A stretch of 64,000 bases of DNA from Lytechinus pictus (lineage: Eukaryota), in contig NC_087251.1 in NCBI RefSeq assembly GCF_037042905.1, positions 30,692,001 through 30,756,000 on the forward strand, written 5' to 3'. Under the pieces are notes generated by a model. That model made no database searches. It saw nothing but the letters and a program-made list of their open reading frames with translations, and was not told where the DNA came from. This document shows, piece after piece, positions 34,813 to 47,600 of this stretch. The position numbers and the translations under genes are program-made. Every line of letters begins with the position of its first letter. Positions within the stretch are counted from its first letter, which is position 1.

Positions 34813-36988
34813 TAATGGGCTTGCCAATCAATAAATAGAGACTATCCTGTAAAAATCTGGTGGTACCCACTTCATCTTTTATCAGGATCTTGAATTCAGT
34901 CAGAGGTACAAGAGGAGCATCATCAGCTACCCCATCAATATCAGCATCAACATCATCATTGACACCGTGATCTGATTTTATCATCAGAGACATGATAATG
35001 GGCTTTCTTGGCCAATCAGTTGTTAGAGGCTTGTCAGTCTGAAAATATTCCTGTTCTAGGTAGTCTTCAGAAGGAATTCTGCAGATGTTGAGGGTCTGCA
35101 ATGAATGTTCGGACCTGTCTAGAGGTGACCGTTGCATGTTGCACTGAACCAGGTATCGTTCCTCTCCAGGATATTCCATCATGAAGGGAGCAATGCTTAT
35201 ATACACCATACAACGATTTGTAAAGCAAAAAATGAGTTGAATTGTCATATTAATGGTATTGCAGGCATCTGGGATACTCACAATTTTATTCAATACAATT
35301 CAGCAGATGTCGCACATTGTAAATACCCTACAGGGTGTTTCATTCACTCAAACCTGTGCATTATTTGATTTAAACATCATACAAAGTACTGTGTACTACC
35401 TCTTCTTGCTTCTCATTTTATGTCTTAGTATCATAAACCACATCAACACCTATATTCCTATGGTAAGTTTGGTCTCATCTGAGCCGTTACTTGAAGCCTT
35501 ATGATTGATCGTCAGGCTTATTTTTACGATTGATCGTATAAATCTCCATGATCAATTATTAAGTTTTATGTTACGATGCCCAGATTCATATTGCCTTTCA
35601 ACCACTAGGATGGTAGAGGCATCTTTTCTTCTTCTTTTTTTGCAGATTGGTGCTTCCCTCCCATGTTCAAATGATTAAAGATTTGAAAGACTTAATGCTT
35701 TGAAACATTAGCATGAGCAGGTTGTCTGGAAATGGTTGTCAGTATTGTGCACTGTGAATCAAGGATTAAAGTAAGTTGCAGAAGTGACTTGATAGCTTCA
35801 GTCTTTCTTAAAATTGCTCTTTTGAGGACCATAGTTTTCAAGGAATTGTTAAGTGTGCTGAGGTCCTTGCTATGGAACCTATAATATCTTTATTTCTCAT
35901 GTAATAAATCATGCACAGACAATATTACAAAGTAAAGGCTTGTGTCTAAGAAAAATCTTTGGAATGCTATGGATTGGTTGTATGTAGCCAGGTGAGAATC
36001 CAACCAAAACAGAAAATTGCTTTTATATAGAGTTAAAATAAAAAATCAAAGAAACCAAACGGTGAAATTTAGAACGAAGTTGGACAAACAAAATTGTTGT
36101 GATTTTCAACTTTTCAATAGTTGCAATATATCTAATCAGAAGTTCAAATTTATAATGTCTTTGTGATGTAGGGTAAGAATAAATTCTCCATTATTTTACT
36201 CCATTGGATAAAAGCAAATCAAATGTAATCTTTTCCAAATTTTTACTCAGTACAATTTCTCTTTTTATGGCCCCGAGGAGTAGAAGAAAACCATAAACTC
36301 CTGATAGTTTCTCCATAACAATAAGTCTTATATCATGCCTCCATTGTGTCAATTTCTGTCCTACAGTTTGCTATTATTTTTGTATTTGTGATAGCGAGAT
36401 TAAATCATGATTTTTGCAAAGCAATTATTGATTCTGTTTTTGTTCATTATGAAATTAGTCTGATCTAAAAGATGAACTTAGTTTGATGAATGATGATTTT
36501 GAATGAAATTATTTGACTGGAATGTTTATATATTATTTCTTTGTGAAAATGATATTGATCTGTCAAATTGTAAATGAGGCTGGCGTGTATTAAAGGAAAA
36601 ATAAACTTATTTTGTTCAAAAAGAAATGAAACAACAAACAAAAGAATCACTATTTCAGAATTTAGTAATTCTTTTTTTTATTGTGATAACTGGAAGGTAA
36701 GAAAAAGACAAAAATCTATTGGGCTAGAGGTGAGTAGTCTGCAGGCACAGACCTTTGGTATTTCCAATTCACATAGTGCATAATGCAGAGTCTGAAGTAG
36801 TGAGACTAGATTCACTGTGCACTGTGGCTGCCTCTTATTTGACAGAGTTTGGATTCTAGTCTTCACTCTAGACATGTTATAATTGGTTAAAGTGTCAAAG
36901 TTGAGTCTGTTCTTGCAGACTACAGGGTGGGAGGGGTCAAACAATATCGGACAATCCTTTGTTTCGGGCAGGTTGACTGTCCGTCTTC

Positions 36989-37029
36989 ACTCCTGAAGAC
37001 GGACAGTCAACCTGCCCGAAACGTTGAGT
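36989..37029 (+). ncRNA. Minimal type I hammerhead ribozyme motif (Penelope-like element remnant)
   Basis: ACTC-CTGAAGA-C-GGACAG-TCAAC-CTGCCC-GAAA-CG-TT-GAGT: stem I ACTC/GAGT, core CUGANGA and GAAA, stem II, and palindromic ACGT in place of stem III. Confidence 0.6.
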
Positions 37030-38622
37030 CTCTACTGCTTCTACTCATCATCTCTACTCGCCGACTCAAGCCAGCACCTCCTCATCCATCCTACTACTCA
37101 AGCTTTTTCAACTCATCAATCTCTTCTGGTTTACAGTCCTTTTCAGGACTACATTCAAGAAAAATTACTCTCACATTTCCACTTTCTCGCCTATCCATTT
37201 CTTTTTTCTTTTTCTTCTATCCACAGTTTCTATAATACTCCACATGGTGTACCGTAAACCACATCAGCGAAAGCTTATATTGTTGTGCTATGTAGCTGTA
37301 GGGTTTCCATTTGTCAATATCAATATAAGTTCCGGTCTGGGTCTTTAAATCCTGATAATTATTGCCATAGTGATCAGAAATATGGCTAAGCATCGTGCAC
37401 TTCTGACTTGCATGCTGGTCCATAAGAAATATTGCCCTCAACCAATCACAAGTACACCTTGAAAATGCTACAATTACAATAATAAATTTTCAGAATATTA
37501 GCCCAGTGAGTAATGAATATCCTTATTTCCACCAAATGACCTTTTGACTTTTAAAATGACAATTTTCCATTTATCTCAGGGAAGTTTAACAAGTGCATGA
37601 ATGCTCTTTATACCATATTTTTCTTAACTCATATTGTTTAAAAGCTACTTTGAACAAGTGAGAAGTTACTTTTCTGTTGTGTTCATCCAAATCGATATCC
37701 TTTGAATGTAATATTTGGGGAAATAAACATAACTGTAGACATATAAAAGAGAGAAAAAGGTAGATCAATGACTATTTAAGGATTTTATTAAAAACAAATG
37801 TTATTTAATTAGGCTTTCACATTGAAACTATTCTGACATTTCACACCTAAACTTTTACCACAATGTGTGAAAGAACAATCTACATGAATACTACTACAAG
37901 TATATCTACTTCTATTGATACGAGACACTACAATACATTACATAGATATGTCTCCTTCAAGGGTAACATACTGCATGCACATTGGGGAAAGGGGGGGGGG
38001 GGGGGTTGTTGACACTTTTGGCAAATGTACAATATTATTTAAATCTATGTACAGAATGCATTATTTTGAGTTGTTTTGTACATATATGTTCTGCATTGAA
38101 AATATGCAATAAAGTTTTCCAAATGTACATGGTCTTTATATGAAAGGGTGGTGGTGACATATACAAGAGATATTGAACCTATTTTTATCCCATTATTTTT
38201 TATATATTATTTGCTCAATAAACCTATCAAATATCAAACATCTATCTCTCATCTAATAGGTATAACCAAGCTATTAACATGATCTCCATCATGCTTATAA
38301 GAATCATGCTACACATTCAACGATCATTTTAAAAAATAACTGTCTTCAATTCTCTTTAAAAATCTCTTGAAGTTACAGCACACCTATTTCCTGGGGCAAT
38401 TGTCACTTCAATTTTTCATGTAATAAAGCTACATTATCTTGAAAATTGAGAATTTCACCAAGGAGAGTTCGCATACATCCTCACATTCACCGTTTGGCAA
38501 TAACTTGACCATATTACATAAATAGGCAATTCAGAGCATTTGATGTTTGGAATATGATATCATATCCACATATCTTATTCTTTAGCAGTATAATGATAAA
38601 TGCAGCGGGCATGTACTCCTCC

Positions 38623-41600
38623 TCACACCTTGCACAGGTCACATATCCAGCTTCCTGTATAAAGTAAAACAGTAGTGAATGGCATGAATGAAATGCACAA
38701 AAAATATCCAAACGAAAAAAAAAATAGTTCCTGTTCCGTAAAGTCAATAAAGTAAGAGTGAATTTTTATCTATATTTCTCAGTGAAACATCCCTGAAAAA
38801 ATTCAGAATTGATAATGTGAGGTATGTTACTAGAGGGAGTAGTCTTCAAATACATACCAATAAACTAAAGTCATCTGAATAACTAAGAGGAGAGGTACAT
38901 GTACCCTCATATGTATTACAATATACTAATGTGTGTTACATAGCAACAAAAACCTTCAATATGTATCATTTGTAATTAATCAGACCAATGTGCAGAGTGC
39001 AAATGATGAGAAACAAATTATGCATGACTAGTACTCATTCTGCAGAACAGATACATCTTGAACAGATTATTCATTTTATATTTGTTATTATATTTCTTTC
39101 AAATACGTTTTTTATCTGAAAGTTTAAGTTTTAAAAACTTGATTTTCACTCGAAATCTTTCTTTTTTCCTTCTCATTGGGGTTTTTATTTTTTTTATTAC
39201 TTTTTTTTACCTCTTCTCATCCCTCATCTTCTTTTTTCCCCTTTCCTTCTGAGTTGGCTGATCATAAATAAATACTCATTACACATTATGTTATTAATAT
39301 GATCTTCTTTCTTCCTACTGAGCATTATGAAAATCAAAATGAGCATTATGAAAATCAAACTTATCATTCCATATGTATTTAATATTTCTCTCTTCTTGCC
39401 TAATGTTCTGTCATTTTTTTTTCTTACTCAAGTCTATTGTATAATGAATGAACCGTGATGGTGTATATAAGAACATACCCATTGATTTTTTTTTTAATAA
39501 CTTAAAATGTTCTTCCTACCTTCAGGTGGTGCCTGCATGGGTGGATTGAGACAATACATGTGGTATCCCCTATCACAGTCATCGCAGAACAACAGTTGGT
39601 CCTAGTAAATAACAAACCATACACAGTCTCCGTTGATATACTCATCAATTACATAGCAATCTGTATACTATATTAGAATCTAGGAAATTTTTCATGAAGC
39701 ATTTTTCAGTGATTTTCACTGACAACTTTTTTTCATGAAACAATTGATGCAATTGGTAATTTCAGGTTACATTTTGACATTTTGTTTTTTAGTTTGCCTG
39801 ATTTTTGCATTTTCACTGAATGATTTGCTCTCAGCCAATCAGAGGCAAGGATTTCAGTAGCTTATAACAATAATCAGTGAAAACCACCACCTATTTGTTT
39901 CATGAAATACTCCCCTGATGCTGTTTAAGTCAATCAATCTTACAAGAACTTGCAAGTTCCATAGAAAATCTTTGTGTTGATATCACAATGTTGCAACATT
40001 GGCAAATGGCGGATAATATCAAATGGTATAAAATATGAACAACAGCGTGGAGAGGGAAATGACTGTCACATTTAAGAATGAAACAATGTGTGCAAATCAT
40101 CTCTTCATAAATGCATGCAACAATTGATTAAACAGCGAGAGACTTTGTGTTGACCTGTAGGCATTGGTGTTAGATCGATATTCATTTCAGCATAGCGCCA
40201 AACTTGAAATGATGCTGGACTTGAGACAAATCTCCCTTAGTTCTTGAGCGGTCAATAATTTGATTTTCTTAAACTCAGTGTTTTTGGAGCTACGGAAAGC
40301 AATCTTTATTGTGCTTCCAACACCAACACTGAACTTGAAAACACCTAATGCTCTCATGAGTCATGAATGAGATTGATATCATCAAATATCTGAAATGGAT
40401 ATGATCGATGCTCTGCAATGACAATGCTTCTCATTTCATCAGATATTTTTGAGAGATGATAGAGTGAAGCAGCTGAAAAGTAGAGTATAGCCTAATGGAT
40501 CGCTATAATTCTTTCAACAAATAAAATAATATAATTACAATAGCATGATGTAATACTTGTAAAAAAAATAATGAATGAATGAAACAAATTTTTATTCCTA
40601 GCAAAGTCGAGAAATTTCTTTATTTGACTACTATAGAGGGCAGCACACAGAACTTACATCATTGTCTGAAGTGCCACAGAGTCCGCATGACTTGCACTCG
40701 ATGCACTGCCAACGGTAACCTTTGACCTTCTGTATCATGGTATCAGTGAACTGGAGACAGGTTGGATGGCCTGCATGAGTCAAATGGAAATACATAGAAT
40801 GGCTCGCCACTTAACGCTCTACAAACAAATTACAGTGCTTTTGTTATGGAGCTGAAGCCTGAAGCCTTTCAAAAGAAACATTGCGAAACAGGTAAATTTG
40901 CACAGAAATCTGTTCAACTTTGGGAAAATTTTGACTAAGGAGTAGACTGGTAATTAACACATCTTCTGGATAATTTCGACTAAGAAATTGCTTCGACTAA
41001 GGCAAATATTTGACTTATGGAAGGTCGACTTAAGCAAGTTCGCTTGAATCTTATTGGAGTTATAAAATATGAAAGTATGGCTTACTACTGATAATTATTA
41101 ATTTATAAGCTGATCAATCATATGAGAAGAGATCTAGGTGTTAACCCTGCCCCCCCCTCTTCTCTCAAGATAGTAACATAGTAAAATTACACCTCTGTTT
41201 GAAAATTTTCAGTAAATGTTCAAGTTGTACATGTTTGGTATTCTTAGCATCATGTAAGAAATTCAGTGGATTGTGAATACATTTAATGATGAATACCATT
41301 TACTTGCTATTATGATGTAATAGCTCTCCACTCAAACACCCCACTGGTTAAATGAAATACCACCATGAGGATAGATAAATAATAATGATAATAATAATAC
41401 ATAGAGCATGGACATTTATTTTCAGTGGAGATATGAACAAAATGTGAAATGTACAATGAGATGAAATATCGTGGTGGCAGCTTAACTTTGATGAAATTTC
41501 AATTTTCATGAATTTATTTTATTGTATTACTCAAATTGAAACTGAATGTGACCTCCATACAGTATTCATCACCTACCAACAATATTCATTTCCGAATGGA

Positions 41601-44600
41601 TTTCCATCTGTATGCTCTCAACTTTGAAACTGATATTATATTTCAGTCCCACTGCTTTTAATCTGTGTTAGGTGTCTCACCTGATCTACCACAGTCTGAA
41701 CACGATATGAGATCTTCCGGCATCCTCGTCTTCTTGTTCTCGGTGGCATCGCCGAGGCAGAAGTCACAGTAATTATTGGTTTCTGGTTGACCTCCTTTAC
41801 TTGACTTGGGAGCTTCACCTACTGAGTGATAAAAACAAAACAAAAAATGTGTGAATACAAAAGACTTTTATTGGGCATAACCTGTGCATGTTGAGTAAAA
41901 AGCAAAATGAATCACTGTTTAACCCTTAAAAGACTGGGGGGCTGATTCAGCCCCCATCGGCATTTTTTGCGATAAATCCGCCCCGAAACTTTTTTTGACT
42001 GCGTCACTCGCTGACTTTTTACTTTCAAGTCTTGTGCAAATTTTGAGACCAAAATTGTGACCTCCGGGTATGCGGCTCCTAAATTATACAACATTTCGCA
42101 AGTGCATGCCGACCCAAAATTGCTCAAAAATGTGAATTTGTGTACAGATCCAATGCAAATAGTGTTTTCAGTCAAAATTCATAAATGTATCATTATTTTT
42201 CCTTTTACTGATTGATATCAATTAATTTCATCTTGTTTATGGTCAAAATAAAGTCCCTGACAAATTTCCATTGAAAAAACAATAAAAAACAAAAAGTTGA
42301 AAAACAAAGAAATTTAGAAAACAAAATCATACGAAAATAAATGTGACGTTGAAATTTTTTTACAGTACATTTGATTAGATTCCTAAAAAGAGTCTGTGAA
42401 CCAAAAATTAGCATTTTAGGGGCATTATTTAGTTAATTAGAGCAAACTTTTGATTTTACGCATTAATTAGCATAATTAAATAGCAATGAGCTTTTGCAGA
42501 GAATTTGATCTTATAGTTTTGCAGATTTAAGCCACGGGTAACGGGGCTGAATCAGCCCCCCCCCTTCCCATTCTTCTTAGGCATCAACATAGCCCAGTTT
42601 ATTTAGGGTTAAACCTATCCTTTTCCCCATCATTTCAGTCAGCATTTCCTTCTCACAGAAGTTTACCGACTCCTGACGCCACAACATCACTTCTTTCTTC
42701 CACTTTGTTCTGTTTTGTGCATCCTCCATGTTCAGATCAACCTTACAGCTCACCATCCTCACCATAACCTTTCATGTAATCTCCACCTGATACAACTGAG
42801 TCTGATTGGAGGTATATCAATGTTGCAGTAGGTTCTTCAATGCCAATGCATATGTAACACATGAATTCTGTTGATATGTAGTAAAAGCTACCTATAAAAT
42901 ATCTATATGCCTGGATAAACTGCATTCTTGATGTAAATGGTGCCCATCTATTAATGTGTAAAAGGTATGCTGTATTAAATAGAAGTTCGCGTTTAACTAA
43001 AATCAAAAGAAGCATGATTTGATGTTTCATAGCAAATAGTTTTTATAACCTGTTGACTACCAAAGTCTATAATGCCTTAGGTTTTGTACAGGGAACACTT
43101 GGTTCCAATAGGCAATGGATTTACCACTTCAGATCATACAAGTTACAGACTTTATTTGGAAGAGGAGATGATTACACTGATATAGTATATCATAATTCCT
43201 TCACCTATGAACAATACATTGTTCCTGAGAAAACTGCAAAATTTAATTAATGAGAAACTTTAATCATAAATGCATTGCCGTTGGAAGGGGAATGCTATTG
43301 AAACAAAATGACATTGTGACATCTTTGAATTAAACTTTCATACTATAGGCCTACATGTATGTACATATTTAAGGAGGGGGAGGGGTGAGGGGGCATGCAG
43401 TAACAGGTTCATGTCATGGGGAAAATCTGCACCTACTAAGACATGCCTTCTAGTATTAAAGATATCCATCTTTAATGGACCACAACAGCCAAAATAAAAA
43501 ATTCATTCATCCAAAAGTCTTGTATATACTTTTTTCTTTTCTGTTGAGCACCCTAAATTTCTGTACACTCCCTAATCAAGAGTTGTTTTGTTTCAGAAAT
43601 GAGCAATGCATACTCCCATCCCTTCTGCATCAAAAGATACCGAGTACAGTGAATGATTTCAAGTTCAGTGTTGGTACTGGTGTTATTCTATCACTTGTTT
43701 TGGTTTGTGCTGATGTGAAAATTGGCTCAACACCATAAGGGTAAACACTAAACTTAAAATTACCCACTGTAGTTTAATATGACACTATCTCATAGAAGCA
43801 TGCATCAGACTTGAATGGATCTATTCATTTCATTCTTTTTTTTGCCAATGCAAGGGATCAACCACAGGGAAAAAGGAAAGGAGACAAACACAGAGCCTCC
43901 TTTCTTTCATTCCAGTTCCTGGCATCATCAGACTCAATAAATATCTTATTACCATTACAAAATGCCAGGGGGTCAACCACTTCAGGGAAAGGGAGGGGGT
44001 GTACAAACAAAACAAGCCCCCTCCCAGTTCCATTCACGTGCCCTGCTTAGCTGTGACTTACGACTGTCTTCGCTTGCGCTTGTCACAGCAGACACAGAGG
44101 CAGCTTCTAGATCCATAGTGTTCTTGACTGGATGCTTACGTGGGTCAGTCACTGGTTCCAGGGGCGACGGCTGGGACTCCGGCTCCTCCATGCTGGTGTC
44201 CAGGTCTCCTTGGTGGGTGTGTTGGGTGTGGTAGTTCAAACCCTGCCGGTTCTTGTACCGTTTCTTGCAGACTGTTTTACGAGAGCAAACAGAAACAAAA
44301 GTGGGTATCACCATGTTTTGTCTTCAAACAGCATTGTAAGATCATGGGTCTCATAACTATTGCTACATGCACTCCACCCTCTAAAGCTACTCCCTACAGC
44401 TACTCTACATCCCACAAATACTGCTAAACCACTTCCTACAACTGTTTGCTACTCAACATCCTACAACTAATACTACGTCACTTCTGAGCTAATCACACAG
44501 CAAAGCATCACAGCAAACCATTCCATATACAGACCTGCCAACCTCTGGGAATGAAAAATTGTATTCTGTGATAAAAAAAACTGTATTTTTCCCCAAAAAG

Positions 44601-47600
44601 TGTATTTCATAATGAAATGCGTGACGCACTTGCTCATCGCGGCGCACAAGCTCAAGCTGCATGCAAGCTAAAATGTGCACTGCTCTTGCAGATGAAAAAA
44701 AAAAGCATTGAAACATGTGTATATCTCACCCTGGTTTTAACAAAATGATTGAAAAAAAAACAAGTTACCTGAAATTACATTGATCTAATAACCGTATTTG
44801 TGTAAGTTTTATGAAATAGAGATGATTTTTCCCAATAAATTATGATTTTGTAAAATAAAAAATAAAAAAATAAAAATATATATATATTTTTTTTTTAATA
44901 CAAAATTGTATTTTTTAAAGAAAAAACGTACTGTCGTATTTTGGTTGCAAAAAAACATACTAAATATGCCAAAAATGTACTGGTTGGCAGGTCTGCATAT
45001 AAACAATACAAAGAATATTTGAATGATTGGTACTTCAAATATTTCCATTTAATGCATTCACTGACATACAGATGGGGTGCCCTGACAACAGATGACCCCA
45101 AACTTTTATTCAAATTTGGATTATTTCTAAATTTCATACCTGTAAAGGCCAATAATATATTGGCAGATGCCTTATGTCTCTGAGCAGGTGCTTTGCTCCC
45201 TCATTACAAAATAATTTAGAATAACCAACATACTTTTAAAGACAACATATTGTCAGTTATTCTTCCATCCTATTTCAATTAATTTTATTGATAATGAAAT
45301 TGCAGATATTTTTAATGTGCCTACATGCCCCCCCATCAAACCAAAAAAGTTTTTGCTAATTATGTCACTGAATGCATTACCATATTTAGTGTAAAAGCTC
45401 CAATTTACATAGCATTTTCGATACAACAAATGAAGAAATTGAGACAAGCTTTTATACAATCCTTCACTTTAAATGCTCGACTGACTTGTAAAGCTTACAA
45501 CAGGTATGTTGGTTACATGTTGAAGACCTGGAGCTATACACTTTTACCTTTACATGCATAAGGTCTATCTTCAGCAGTTAGTAGTGGCATCTCACCATCT
45601 CCTCCTCCTCCTCCACCACCTCCCCCTCCTCGCGATCGTCGTCCTCCTCCCGTACCACGCCCCTGTAGCAAAGGGAAAAATACCAGACTGATTTATCCTA
45701 CTCGAAAATGAAAACAAACTGCTTGAATACTATTACTGGTCAAATCTAGTAAAAATATTGCATTATTTTTTTATCAAAATAAGTCAACGTTTTTACTTGA
45801 TTCAAAGTTTAAAGTCTGGTTTACGTTACCCTTTTTCATAAAAATCCATTAATTGCAACGTACACATATGAAAAAAAAAAGTCAAATACAATAACAAATA
45901 CCAAAAGAATTAAGTATAACCATGATTCTAGGGTAGACTAGCAACTAAATTTGCCCATTTTCATGGTGTTTGTATTCCTAATCTATACAAAAATAAATGT
46001 ACACAAAATGATATCTTGTAAAAAAAGATTATTTTTTATAGCAACAATTAATATTCATAGTAGAACCAAAAATGGTAAAAGACAGAAAATGAAAAGAGAT
46101 AATTTAAAGAGAGTACATAAAAAGGGCATGTTGCAGAAAGAGATACATTGTAAATACAATTCTGAAATAGCAAACACATTTCAAAATTGCGTGCTACTAT
46201 TAGTTAAAGCTCATGTAGCATTTGATTTAAGGAACTGCGTTCAATTCAAATTCTTTCAGAAATGGGACCCTGGACTCCAACACATCCTACCTTCTTCTGC
46301 TTCTTTTTACGAGACGACACCTCGTAGTCCTCGTCGCTCTCTGAGCCCGGTCTGTCAATCTCACCAGCATCAGGGTATACATCATCAGCTTCAAGGTGTC
46401 TCAGGATATCCTCTGATTCTTGATGGACTGGGTGGATGGTGATGCCTCCGTATTGTGTCGGGTCATGCTCGGGGTTGATGGCCGTCTCTACCGGGACCTC
46501 ACCTGAAAAATCACCTGTTTCACAAACTCAATATTTACTTTCACATCTCTCATATAAAATATATCAGATACACACATTAAATACAAAACAACTATAAGAT
46601 CTATCAATAAATTAATAACAAGTTTATAATGTTGATTTCACATGGTCATGGAGCAGTCAATGCAAGTTTTGAGTTATGAGAGGAATAAATGCCAGGTTTT
46701 TTCAAAATTCATAACAATCATAGATAAAATGTGTTTGTCATCATCAGCTTCCTCATCTGCATACTTATTGTTGTGTATATAACATTAAATTGCAATTGAG
46801 TAAGTAGGGACAGTGATTTTCCGTGATTGCGGATAACGGACAGAATTCACGGAATCAGCCTTTTGAAACGGAAAGTGGCTTTTCAAACGGAAAATCACGG
46901 AAAACATGTTTTTTCTCAAAATGCACAAAATAGCAACAGAAATTAATCCCAAATCCTCAACAAAATACGAATATCACTGAAAAAAACACGATCTCACTTT
47001 GCTACAACAATCATGACAATCATGACAATCAACACATCATAACTACACTCAAGCCCTCCATCACTCGATCGTATCTAAATTAATTTACACTCACGTCCGC
47101 ATATAAGGCAGAATACGGCCGTGTGTTGCTGCCCTCTGCGTTCGGTCACAATATCATGATTATACGGTGATTCAACAAATCCAAAATGGCGGATAGGCGA
47201 AAGTCGTCGATTGCTCAAAACGATGTCCGAAAAGTCCCCAAATCAGCGATAAAATCTCATTTAACCATAAAATGCTAATATGAAAGGTGAGGATGTATTC
47301 ATGTTGATTATGTTTCTCTAAATAGTTTTTGAGCTCGAATCTCTTCGATTAAAATGGATTTTAAAGCGATGTTAGTACATTGGTAGATGCAAATTTTGAC
47401 CAGCGTTAGCATTTTGACATCGCTACTCATTGCGTATTGGTTTTCTATGTAAACAGAATTGTCACTCTTTCATGTACACAAAGTCTATGGGGAAACGGAA
47501 TTTCCGTTTTCAGACATGCGGAAACGGAATTTGAGATTTTCTGAAATGGAAAAGGCAATTTTTAGAAACGGAAAATCACTGTCCCTAAGTAAGGTCTAAA

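Noticed and set aside
43124..43232. Possible poison or alternative terminal exon of DPF (minus-strand acceptor, early stop, AATAAA)
   Set aside because: Signals are weak and expected by chance in AT-rich introns; no homology support.
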